A stretch of 63,551 nucleotides of DNA, the filler included, from Octopus bimaculoides (lineage: Eukaryota): NCBI RefSeq assembly GCF_001194135.2. It is 8 parts of 8 records of this genome, joined end to end, with 100 filler letters (N's around TTAATTAATTAA, not from the genome) between each part and the next. Parts side by side here need not be neighbours in the genome. Positions count along the whole stretch, not along the records: positions 49,552 to 53,736 come from NC_069004.1; positions 53,837 to 55,383 come from NW_026380488.1; positions 55,484 to 57,707 come from NC_068992.1; positions 57,808 to 59,994 come from NC_068981.1; positions 60,095 to 63,551 come from NC_068987.1; 3 more parts are not named here. One strand, given 5' to 3'. Below are positions 53,549 through 63,551 of this stretch, one piece after another. Positions within the stretch are counted from its first letter, which is position 1. Each line of letters begins with the position of its first letter. Made by a program: the position numbers and the translations under genes. Under the pieces are notes generated by a model. It saw only the letters and a list, made by a program, of their open reading frames with translations, searched no databases and was not told the origin of the DNA.

Positions 53549-53736
53549 GGTGTGGAAGCAAGGTCTAGAATTGAAGGGCCTTAGAGTCAACCTAGCTAAA
53601 ACCAAAATCCTAATAAGTAGGAAGGTAGATAAAACACAAACCCCTTCAGGTAGATGGCCCTGCTCAGTATGTAGAAAAGGAGTAGGTAGTAACTCTATAA
53701 GATGTACCCGGTGCAAGCTATGGACACATAAGAGGT
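53549..53736 (+). mobile_element. RTE-clade LINE fragment (end of RT and Cys-rich zinc-binding domain)
   Basis: WKQGLELKGLRVNLAKTKILIS...WPCSVCRKGVGSNSIRCTRCKLWTHKR. Confidence 0.85.
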
Positions 53737-53836
53737 NNNNNNNNNNNNNNNNNNNNNNNNNNNNNNNNNNNNNNNNNNNNTTAATTAATTAANNNNNNNN
53801 NNNNNNNNNNNNNNNNNNNNNNNNNNNNNNNNNNNN
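53737..53836. other. Artificial scaffold-join spacer
   Basis: 44 N + TTAATTAATTAA (53781-53792) + 44 N. Confidence 0.95.
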
Positions 53837-54319
53837 TTTGAAATTTCTTTAATAGATTAACCACTCTGAAGTTCAGTGGTGTTTACAATATAACTGATTA
53901 TAGTATTGAGATGGTCAGCAAGGCTTGTCCAGTATTGATCCACTTGGATATTCAAGGTTGCTATCGGTTAACTGAAACTTCTATTAAGTAAGTGGTTTTT
54001 TTTTGGTTTTTTTTTGCTTCATTTCACATTTTTTATTGTGATATGTATTGCAGTAGGAATGTAGTTATTTATTGATTCTGATAAACTAAACTAGTAATTT
54101 TTACATACTGTTAATTTGGAGAATGTCCTACTATTAGCCTATGTATCTATTGATACTTCAAATGAGCTACATGTTGAAACATTACTGATTACAATTACGA
54201 AGATCTGAGGCATTTTACCTCTGACTCATTTGAGATGGTAAAGTGTTATTCTCCTTCTATGTATATCTCTTTGCATTTCTCATAACTCTCAAACTGCTTC
54301 TGAAAAATGCAACAAGTAT

Positions 54320-55130
54320 AGTGAGAGTGATGCATTTAGCATGAAGGTAAGTGACCATCAAAGTTTAGTCCTCAGTTCTCTCCTATTTGTGATAAACCTA
54401 TAAGCTATCACTGGAGAGTTTAAAACTGACTGACCATGGAAGCTTCTATATGCTAATGATCTAGTTCCAGGTTTGGAAGCTAAACCTGGAATTAAGAGGC
54501 CATAGGGTAAACCTTGCGAAGGCAAAGGTTTTAGTGAGTTAGAAAGAAGACAGTACCCTGTTACTTTCAGGGAAATGGCCTTGCTTGGTATGCGGAAAAG
54601 TAGTAGGAATAAACTCCATACACTATATTTGATGTCAGTATGTAATTAATAAGGGAGGTAGTTGCTCTGAAAGTATAGTAACTTGAGTGAGAATCGATTG
54701 GAGAAAGTTCAGGGAGCTACAACCACTGCTGACAACAAAGAGTGATGGGCAGACAGTATGATGTTTGTGTTAGAACTGTAATGCTGCATGGTAGTGAGAC
54801 ATGTGCCTTGAATGCAGAGAACTTGAGAAAACTGAAAAGAAATGAAATGAGTATGCTCTGGTGGATGTGCAGTGTGAGTGTGCATGAAAGAATTAGCACA
54901 AATGCACTGAGTGAAAAACTTGTCATAATGGGAATCAAATGTGTGTGAGAAAGAAGACGATGCTGGCATGGACACATGGTGTGTATGGATGAGGACAGCT
55001 GCATAAAAAATTGCCTGTCACTAAATGTAGCTGTTACTTGCAAAAGGGAGAGACACAGGAAGTGGTTAATGTTGACTTTGGGAGCCTGAGCCTGACGAAA
55101 TGGGATGACACAGGACTGGGATCTCTGACG
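54320..55130 (+). mobile_element. Degenerate RTE-clade LINE, 3' part of the ORF
   Basis: LSSLLFVI, PWKLLYANDL (YADD-like), RVNLAKAKVLVS..SGKWPCLVCGK, WRKFREL, VRTVMLHGSETCAL. Confidence 0.85.
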
Positions 55131-55383
55131 ATATGAGGTTCTAAAAACGACCCACTCCTCTTCTGCAAAACTGAGTTTTGAAAGTGCTATGTATTGTGTT
55201 CTCTGCCTACATTACACTGACTCACTCCCATGCATTAGTCCTGGCTCTTCTCCCCCTGCCCACTGACTTCTGCAGACTACCCAACCATGTCTTCCCTTCT
55301 CTTGTTTTCTCTCCCTGACAGCGGTATCATCTTCACTACTCCTACTGCTTGCTCTCCCATTCTATTCTGCATTGCTCTATCCA

Positions 55384-55483
55384 NNNNNNNNNNNNNNNNN
55401 NNNNNNNNNNNNNNNNNNNNNNNNNNNTTAATTAATTAANNNNNNNNNNNNNNNNNNNNNNNNNNNNNNNNNNNNNNNNNNNN
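55384..55483. other. Artificial scaffold-join spacer
   Basis: 44 N + TTAATTAATTAA (55428-55439) + 44 N. Confidence 0.95.
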
Positions 55484-55484
55484 T

Positions 55485-55690
55485 ATGGTGCCTTCCTTCA
55501 GCTTTTTGGGAAGTTTACCATTTGCAAGGAAACTCTGGAAGAGTATCCGGAGTGGTCCTGCTAGTTCTTGTTTACACGACTTTAAGAGGACAGCTGGGAA
55601 ACCATCGGGGCCAGTTGCCGAATTTGAGCTCATTTCATTTATGGCAGCTATCACATGGATGCATTCTTTTTCTGCTGAGTGCTATTGTCA
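55485..55690 (-). mobile_element. CR1/L2-group LINE RT domain 0-1 fragment
   Basis: AINEMSSNSATGPDGFPAVLLKSCKQELAGPLRILFQSFLANGKLPKKLKEGTI. Confidence 0.88.
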
Positions 55691-56506
55691 AAGAAATCAG
55701 CTGGGTTCTTTATCTGCATGTGACTCAGAGGAGAAGTGAAGACACTCTTGAATTGTGTATTGAGCACTTCACTTATCCATGTGGGATCTGCAGCATTCAA
55801 TGGACGGATTTCAGTTTCCAAGATTTACAAGAAAACAGGTCCTTTCATCTGTGCATCTGCCATTGCTGCAATCTAGCAGGGTTGAGTTCAAAATCGTGTA
55901 CATCTGTGTAGGTGCTAGGTGGTATACCCTGACACATCTTCCTATTCTACACATCTTCTACACCATTATCTTATTTCGCTTCGGACTAGGGTAGCCATGT
56001 ATTTCATGTACAGTAAAAGACATCTGTTTCTGTCATTCTATCATACTTTAACCTCTCATCACCTTGCATAAAACCACTCTCTGAATGCTCAGTTGAGATG
56101 TCTTGTCTTGCATATTACTTAATGATCTTAATAGCACCAGCACCATGTAAATGCATCCAGCATATTCTATTAAGACGTAAGCATTAAGAAGGATATTCAG
56201 TCGTAGAAACCATGCCAAAAATGACAGAGCTTGGCACCGTCTTCTGGCTGTCCAGCTCCAGTCAAACCGTTCAAACCATACCAGCATGTAGAGAAGATGT
56301 TAAATGAATATGATGTGCATGTGTTTCTGTGTGCCCCCTTTTTCTGTCCCCTTCATATTCCAATTACTCTTTCAAATGTAATCCTTCTTTATTCACATTA
56401 TTTTGAATTAAACGTGCGTTATCTTGTAGATTTGAGGTTTTAATAATGAGACTATTTATTTTTGAATGACTTTGTAGGGTATGAGTGAGAGGCTGGATCT
56501 GTCCCG

Positions 56507-56742
56507 TTCAAACATCAGACAAAATATGCGGGCTGGATATGACTGGTTTAAATACTAAACGGATAAACATTATACAACGGGAAACATTTACCTTATTTGA
56601 TAACAGATGAGGGTCGGCAACAGGAATGGTATCCAGCCATAGAAACCGTGCTAAAAAAGATATTGAAGCTTGGCACAGTCTTCCGGCCAGTCAGCTTCTG
56701 CCAAACCATTCATCTTCCTGTACTGAAATTGTAGGACATCAT
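56507..56742 (+). repeat. 236 bp direct repeat, copy 1 (apparently identical to 57356-57591)
   Basis: TTCAAACATCAGACAAAATATG...GAAATTGTAGGACATCAT is repeated at an offset of 849. Confidence 0.95.
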
Positions 56743-57059
56743 GTTATTTCTTCAGATAGATGTCTATACTTCTACCAGCACTTTAAAATTTGGTACACAT
56801 ATCAGCCACACTAACATTCACAGTAAATCAATCAGAAGGTGCCACTGTCCAAGATATCACTGATTGACAATTGACAAAGAAGTCCTCAACAGAAGCATGA
56901 TAGGAACAAACCCCTACTATCTGGAAAAATAGGTGCCATGTGGCTTATATATTTGCCAAACAGAGCTTGAACTTTCAGTTGGAAATTAACATAAAATAAA
57001 TCAATGTATTGTCATAGAAGGGAGTTGTTTTTCATTTTCTGTAATAAATATTTAAAAAA

Positions 57060-57707
57060 TACCTGTGTGGATAAGAAGCTTATTTCTCAATCATGTGGTT
57101 CCAAGTTCAGTCCTGCTGTGCTGCACTTTGGGCAAATGTTTTCCACTGTAGCACTGGGTCAACCAAAGCTTTGCAAATGGATTTGGTAGATGTGAATTGA
57201 AAGAAATGTGATGTCTGTGTGTCAGTATGCATGTGTCAATGTGGAACCTTCTCTAGACATCATATACTGTCTGTAAATGAGTGTCACAGTTATACAAGTG
57301 ATACCTGTTTCCTGTCTTCCATGAAAACCATGACCAGTCATGGGAAAATATTAATTTCAAACATCAGACAAAATATGCGGGCTGGATATGACTGGTTTAA
57401 ATACTAAACGGATAAACATTATACAACGGGAAACATTTACCTTATTTGATAACAGATGAGGGTCGGCAACAGGAATGGTATCCAGCCATAGAAACCGTGC
57501 TAAAAAAGATATTGAAGCTTGGCACAGTCTTCCGGCCAGTCAGCTTCTGCCAAACCATTCATCTTCCTGTACTGAAATTGTAGGACATCATATTTTGTCT
57601 GATGTTTGGCCACAGGAAGGGCATCCAGCTGCAGAAAATATGCTTCGGCAAATTCCCCATGACCCATGCAAGCATTGAAAAGGAGACATTGAATAATGAA
57701 GAATATT
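57060..57707 (+). mobile_element. Degenerate SINE (B-like head, RTE-like tail) interrupted by copy 2 of the 236 bp repeat
   Basis: Head at 57060-57210; tail TGGCCACAGGAAGGGCATCCAGCTG..ACCCATGCAAGCATTGAAAAG after 57606. Confidence 0.7.
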
Positions 57708-57807
57708 NNNNNNNNNNNNNNNNNNNNNNNNNNNNNNNNNNNNNNNNNNNNTTAATTAATTAANNNNNNNNNNNNNNNNNNNNNNNNNNNNNNNNNNNNN
57801 NNNNNNN
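57708..57807. other. Artificial scaffold-join spacer
   Basis: 44 N + TTAATTAATTAA (57752-57763) + 44 N. Confidence 0.95.
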
Positions 57808-57946
57808 CCCCAACAGAGAAGATATGCGGTAAAAAGTTTTTTCTATGTTTGAACATCCTGTCTTTGTTTTAGTTATGGTCTGTTTTAGGTATTAAGTGTT
57901 GCCTATAATAATGTGTTTTTATGCGTTGTTGATATTAATATATGTT

Positions 57947-58170
57947 AAGGCGGTGAGCTGGCAGAATTGTTGGCATGTCGGGCAAAATGCTTAGTGGCAT
58001 TTCGTCTGATTTTTATCTTCTGAGTATAAATTAAACCGAGATTGACTTTGCCTTTCATCCTTTCGGGAACGATAAAATAAATACCAGTTGAACACGGTGG
58101 TCGATGTAATTGACTTATCCCTTCTCCCGAAATTGTTGGTCTTGTGCTTAAACTTGAAACCGATATTAAC
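57947..58170 (+). mobile_element. tRNA-derived SINE family C
   Basis: AAGGCGGTGAGCTGGCAGAATTGTTGGCATGTCGGGCAAAATGCTTAGTGGCATTTCGTC. Confidence 0.85.
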
Positions 58171-58281
58171 GTTGTAAGGCAGCGTTAGAATCGTTAGCAC
58201 GCCAAACAAAATACCCTGTGATATTTCGTCCCTCCTTACGGACGTCCCTGACTTCTGTTTATATGTTGATATAGTAGTAGC

Positions 58282-58668
58282 GTGGATGCGGAATGGCCCA
58301 GTGGTTAGGGCAGCGGACTCGCAGTCATAGGATCACGGTTTCGATTCCCAGACCGAGCGTTGTGAGTGTTTATTGAGCGAAAACACCTAAAGCTCTACGA
58401 GGCTCCGGCAGGAGATGGTGGCGAACCCTGCTGTACTCTTCCACCACAACTTTCTCTCACTCTTACTTCCTGTTTCTGTTGTGCCTGTAATTCAAAGGGT
58501 CAGCCTTGTCACACTCTGTGTCGTGCTGAATCTCCCCTGAGAACTACGTTAAGGGTACACGTGTCTGTGGAGTGCCCAGCCACTTTCACGTTAATTTCAT
58601 GAGCAAGCTGTTCCGTTGATCGGATCAACTGGTACCCTCGACGTCGTAAGCGACGGAGTGCCAACAAC
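58282..58668 (+). mobile_element. SINE family A, full length with an 11 bp target-site duplication
   Basis: Flanked by ATAGTAGTAGC at 58271-58281 and 58669-58679; A box TGGCCCAGTGG, B box GGTTTCGATTCCC. Confidence 0.93.
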
Positions 58669-59085
58669 ATAGTAGTAGCAATAGTAGTAGTCGTAGTAAT
58701 TGTTATTCAGTTCCGAGTCAGATCTAATGGAGCAGACCTGTGATCAAAGGCATTTGTGTCATGTCCATTCCGGTTTTTGCATCCTTTATTTTTGGCATCA
58801 GGCACGTGATTTTAAGAACTACATTATCTCATGTAGCCTTCGCTTTTTTAAGGTGGTAGAGTGGAATATCTGAATGCTATTTCTGGCATGCTGAATGATC
58901 ACACACAAAGCAACCTCATTGACGCATGAGCTTAGATATTGTTGATGTTTAGCCTCAGGTCAGTCCTAACTTATTAGGCATGTATTCAACAGTATTTGAA
59001 CAATGTTTTTTTTTTATCCACATTATCAGATATGTTCTTTTCTAAGACGGTGATGTATTGATGTATTTGGCTGCTATTTTTGCAA

Positions 59086-59228
59086 GATTGGAAACAATTC
59101 AAACGTTGTACGAGTCCATACCACGTAGATTTCAAGCTGTAATTACTGCCAACGGCGGTCCTACCCGATATTAAAATAAATTTATTTGAAATTTTTAGGT
59201 GTTTCCATTATTTTGTTCAACCTCTGTA
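59086..59228 (+). mobile_element. Tc1 transposon 3' end: transposase C-terminus, TIR and TA
   Basis: ETIQTLYESIPRRFQAVITANGGPTRY*, then AGGTGTTTCCATTATTTTGTTCAACCTCTG|TA. Confidence 0.88.
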
Positions 59229-59318
59229 TATATATATATTCCAAAGGAATTTTTGTTCATTCTTAATTTAAAACAGTCTACAGTTCTTGTAGGAATGATG
59301 GTTGATGATATCGACTCC

Positions 59319-59994
59319 TTACTTGTTTTCTAAAATGCACCATAAATGTTCAATAATATTGAGATCTGGGGACTGTGGTGGCCAGATAAGATGTTCAACA
59401 TCACTAGAATATTCCTCGTGCCATTCAGTAACAACTTTAGCTGTGCGAATTGGTGCATTATCATCATGAAAGATTGCGTTTCCCTCTGGAAACAGTTCCG
59501 CAACCATAGGATGAATTTGGTAAGATAAAATGCTTAAATAGTCTTGACTATTAATTCTGCCACAAAAGGAAACCACTGAGCCGACTGAATTTCAAGATAT
59601 AGCCCCTCGCCGGGATCATCACAGATCCCCTCCATGTTTAACAGTTAGAAGAAGGCAGTTTGGGTCAAATGTTTCTTTTGGCTGTCTCCACACGTATACT
59701 CGGCCGCTGATCGGAAATAAGGTAAAGGATGACTTATCTGAGAAAGTAACATTCTTCCACTGCTCTAGGGACCAATTCTGTAGGTTTTTACTCCACTCTA
59801 AACACTTTGCAACGTTTGTTTTTGAAAGTAATAGTTTTCTGATTGCAGCCCTCCCGTGAAATCCGGCTTTGTACAGCTGCCGGCGGACAGTTTTTGTAGA
59901 AACTTGGTTGTCGAGGTGGTCATTAAGCTCTGCAGTTATTTTGGGAGCTGTACTTTTGTAATCCTTTCTAACAATTCGCGTAAGAGTCCAACGG
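59319..59994 (-). mobile_element. Tc1-family DD34E transposase pseudogene (core)
   Basis: RKPLLSKTN, TFSDKSSF, TVKHGGGSVM, FHDDNAP, WPPQSPDLNIIEHLW. Confidence 0.93.
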
Positions 59995-60094
59995 NNNNNN
60001 NNNNNNNNNNNNNNNNNNNNNNNNNNNNNNNNNNNNNNTTAATTAATTAANNNNNNNNNNNNNNNNNNNNNNNNNNNNNNNNNNNNNNNNNNNN
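59995..60094. other. Artificial scaffold-join spacer
   Basis: 44 N + TTAATTAATTAA (60039-60050) + 44 N. Confidence 0.95.
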
Positions 60095-60151
60095 CATATA
60101 TATATATGTGTACACATATATATATGTACATATATATATATATATATATCC

Positions 60152-60699
60152 CATTGTGAGATTTAAAAATAGTAATTTTCTAAAATACAATTTTATTAAA
60201 AATATATGTAAATATATGAAATATGACAGTTTAAAAGTTTGGTAATTAATGTATTTTACGATTGTTTCGCGAACGTTTTGTCATTATAATGGAATCCATT
60301 ATTGATGTGCATTGATAGACAATACTTCCGCTCATCAGAGATGGAGAAGGTAAACTTTCTATAATATACTGAATGTTATTTTAAAAATCAAAAAACATAT
60401 GAAAAAGTATTTTTGAAAAATAAATTAAAATCTTAAAAACCAGTAAATTTTAATTTATTCTTCAAAATACTTTATCATATATTTTTTTGATTTTTAAAAT
60501 AACATTCAATATATTATACGGGAAGTATTGTCTATCAATGTGTATCAATAATGGATTCCATTATAATAACAAAACGTTCACGAAACGATCATAAAATGCA
60601 TTAATTTACCAAACTTTTAAACTGCCATATTTCATATATTTACATACATTTTTAATAAAATTGTATTTTAGAAAATTACTATTTTTAAGTCTCACAATG
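60152..60699. mobile_element. AT-rich foldback element/MITE, ~550 bp near-perfect palindrome
   Basis: The left arm CATTGTGAGATTTAAAAATAGTAATTTTCTAAAATAC... pairs with the right arm ...GTATTTTAGAAAATTACTATTTTTAAGTCTCACAATG over ~250 bp. Confidence 0.9.
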
Positions 60700-60715
60700 A
60701 GAAATATTCAGCAAC

Positions 60716-61072
60716 AGTACTTTGGAGTAAAGTTTGTTTGCCAGCATAACATGGCAGTCCTGGTTTAGGATGAATGTTGCTGTAATTTAACCCCAGGAGA
60801 CATCATCTCCAGCTGGCTACACGACACGATCTGTGTCCTCATATTTTTGTACAAGGGAATCTAGCACCCCCACTCAGCTCAGAAATCGCATTACACAGAT
60901 ATTGTTTTGAGCTGAGTGGGGGTCCTAGATTCCCTTGCTCGTAAATATAAGGACACAGATCTTGTCGTATAGCCAGCTGGAGACGATGTCTCCTGGAGCT
61001 AAATTACAGCAACATTCGTCCTAAACCAGGACTGCCATGTTATGTTGGCAAACAATCTTTACTCCAATACTA
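60716..61072. mobile_element. Second foldback element/MITE, ~355 bp palindrome
   Basis: TTGGAGTAAAG..TTGCCAGCATAACATGGCAGTCCTGGTTTAGGA...CTCAGCTCA loop TGAGCTGAG...TCCTAAACCAGGACTGCCATGTTATGTTGGCAA..CTTTACTCCAA. Confidence 0.9.
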
Positions 61073-61388
61073 TTTTAGACACATATCTTCATAAGGAATT
61101 TTTTTGATATTAAATTTCATGCTATTATTTCAAAATACAGTATATATAATCGCTTGTATTAAATGTCTAAATACTTATTAGTATTAATATTTTTGACACT
61201 TTTTACAAAAACAACTCATTATAAATTCAGTGTATAATATTCTCACAGAATATATTTCATTAATGATATATATATATATATATATATANNNNNNNNNNNN
61301 NNNNNNNNNNNNNNNNNNNNNNNNNNNNNNNNNNNNNNNNNNNNNNNNNNNNNNNNNNNNNNNNNNNNNNNNNNNNNNNNNNNNNNNN

Positions 61389-62706
61389 TCCTTGAAATGA
61401 AAACATTTTCACCCCTCCCACACCCTGTAACAATGGTGGCCTCAATCAAGTGGGGCGTCAGGGACTTGAGTACTAAGCGGGTCCCGTTGCACTGTTTAGG
61501 CAGAAGCAAGTTTCTGATTAGCATAATTGGGCATCCAACCCCTAGCCTAAAAATGTGAGGTGGAAGCCCTACTGGCTCCAATGGGCTGAGAAACTCAATA
61601 GGGTAAATGACAATGCCTTGGGGGTCAGAAGTCCAGTCAGTCGATTTGTAGATGCACTCCTCAACTGGAATTCGGGCTTATGAGTTAGTCGTTGATAGCA
61701 CTGACAGCTACGTTTTGGGGGGCCAGGATGGTTCTTTTACTGAGCCAATTGATGTCTGCATTTTTACTTTCCAGATTGGGGAACACTGTTTCCAAAAGAT
61801 CAGAAGGGTTGTCCACAGTGTTGCACAGTTCAGAGATGGATATGTCGCCCCTATCATTCCTAGGGACCTTGCCTTCTCCAAGGGCTAAAATGTCTTCAGC
61901 AAATGCTGCAGACATGCTTATCACCAAGCAAGTGCGCACACATGTTTGTGCTTAGGCTTAAGGTCTTAACTTGGGGGCCACAACATGGATGACTTAAGGC
62001 ATGCGTGCACTTCATCAGCCCGGCTCCCTTTAGGGATGACAGGAAGGGTTTGCCGGAAATCTCCTGAAAGCAATAGAGTTACACCACCCATAGAAGCTGT
62101 AGAATTCCTGATACCTTTCAGTGACCGGTCCAGTGCCTCAAGGGCACCCTTATTGGTCATTGTGCATTCATCCCATACAATGAGACGGCACTGTCTAAGA
62201 ACTTCAGCTTCCTCTGAATTTTTGCCAATGTTGCAAGTAGGAACCTCAACCCTCACCAATTGTAAAGGTAGCTTGAATGCCGAGTGCACTATTCTACCTC
62301 CCAGCAATAACATAGTAGCGATTCCCGAGGAAGCAACGGCTAGCACAATTTGTTTCTTGTGATGAATCTTAGCAAGTATTAATTGTGTTATAAAGGATTT
62401 GCTGGATATCCAGGAGCATTGAGGAAAAAAATGCCACCCGCCTGTTTTTCAACAGCACTGGCGACAGTTTTGTTTCTGTTCATTTACTCTCAGGTACTCT
62501 GCAAGGCCATCAGCGTCATACGATAACTCCAGAAGTAACTTTGGTGGGAGTATGTTAATGTCCTGTCGCAATGATGATGGCAAACTGAATGTGTTCAACG
62601 CCGCCCCACCCATTTTGAGCAGGGCATCCTCGATTTCAATCAGCGCATTATTGTAGATCAGGTCATTGTATCCGTTGTCAGCATTAGGGCACTGTTGCTT
62701 TGCCAG
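61389..62706 (-). mobile_element. Helitron RepHel Pif1-type helicase pseudogene fragment
   Basis: YNNALIEIED, FFLNAPG (Walker A region), AVASSGIAT.LL.GGR..HSAFKLP, IVWDECTM, LLSGDFRQTLPVIP, ILAPQN, GLPPH...L.VGCPIMLIRNL..PKQCNGTRL; frameshifted. Confidence 0.93.
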
Positions 62707-62785
62707 TCATCATTTGCCTTGACCACCAAGAAAGCAAAATTACGTACAGAGAATTTCATAAACAGAAATGAAAGGAAAAAAGGTT

Positions 62786-62933
62786 GGTAAATTTTTAGAT
62801 TAACACTCGCACGATTTTCACTAAGTCAGATTTTTTGCATGGAATCAACTACCCTGACCTCCTAATATGCTACAAAACCCTTTTTGTGGTCCGAAAAACG
62901 GGGTTGGGTGTGGTGGAAGCCTCCGAAATTTCA
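62786..62933 (+). repeat. ~150 bp direct repeat, copy 1 (copy 2 runs from 63396 to the window end)
   Basis: AACACTCGCACGATTTTCACTAAG..TTTTGCATGGAATCA..CCTCCTAATATGCTACAAAACCCTTTTTGTGGTCCGA occurs twice. Confidence 0.92.
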
Positions 62934-63004
62934 CCCCCCACACCTATTGATCTTTTCACCATCTATTTTTCAATGTACGTGGAAAAATACGGCGATTAAG
63001 AATA

Positions 63005-63343
63005 TCATCATCATCATCGTTTAACGTTCGCTTTCCATGCTAGCATGGGTTGGACGATTAGACTGAGGATTGGTGAACCAGATGGCTACACCAGGCTCCA
63101 ATCTGAATTTGGCAGAGTTTCTACAGCTGGATGCCCTTCCTAACGCCAACCACACACAGAGTGTAGTGGGTGCTTTTACGTGCCACCGGAACGAAGGCAA
63201 CGGCAACGGCCACGCTCAAAAAGGTGTATTTTACGTGTCACCTGCACAGGAGCCAGTCCAGCGGCACTGGCAACGATCTCACTCGAATGTCTTTACACGT
63301 GCCACCAGCATAAGTGCCAGGAAGGCGACGCTGGGCACAGGTG
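63005..63343 (-). mobile_element. RTE-tail SINE/LINE 3' end (family D)
   Basis: The + strand reads (CAT)n CGTTTAACGTTCGCTTTCCATGCTAGCATGGGTTGGACG, i.e. an RTE-type ...CGTTAAACGATGATGA tail on the minus strand. Confidence 0.88.
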
Positions 63344-63551
63344 CTGAATATGGAAAACATTTTTTCAAATCTCAAATTTACCATGAAAAACTCCTGGCAA
63401 ATGTTTAGATAACACTCGCACGATTTTCACTAAGAAAAAAAAATCGGACTTTTTGCATGGAATCATCTACCCTGGCCTCCTAATATGCTACAAAACCCTT
63501 TTTGTGGTCCGAGAAACGGGGTATGGTGTGGTGGAAGTCTCGGAAATTTTA

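Noticed and set aside
53549-55130. Treating the two RTE pieces as one element
   Set aside because: They cover the same ORF region twice, differ in decay and are separated by an artificial spacer.
60318-60362. Minus-strand GAAAG...CTGATGAG in the foldback arm insertion
   Set aside because: No stem I hairpin can form between the putative triplet and the core.

Overview
This is AT-rich eukaryotic genomic DNA from a gapped draft assembly. The SINE, LINE and MITE families and the very dense microsatellites resemble those I recall from octopus/cephalopod genomes; that is recognition, not a database result. No intact protein-coding gene is evident, and most of the supplied ORFs are artefacts of N-runs or simple repeats. 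Seven identical artificial spacers (44 N + TTAATTAATTAA + 44 N) show that the window is stitched from eight pieces. The real content is decayed mobile DNA: at least four tRNA- or RTE-related SINE families, Penelope-like elements (RT, GIY-YIG), CR1-like, RTE and R4/Dong-like LINE fragments, a Tc1 transposase, mariner- and piggyBac-type MITEs, two long foldback elements and a Helitron Pif1 helicase. The main highlights are four. (1) Type I hammerhead ribozyme motifs: one closes a Penelope 3' end at 15.7 kb, and two sit 354 nt apart in a duplicated ~240 bp module at 31.8-32.3 kb, retrozyme-like, with the first copy bracketed by 30 bp inverted repeats. (2) A sharply CpG-depleted block begins at the 49.5 kb spacer. 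(3) An identical 236 bp duplication with a templated 20 bp inversion is inserted into a SINE. (4) There are low-confidence, phase-compatible minus-strand exon chains.
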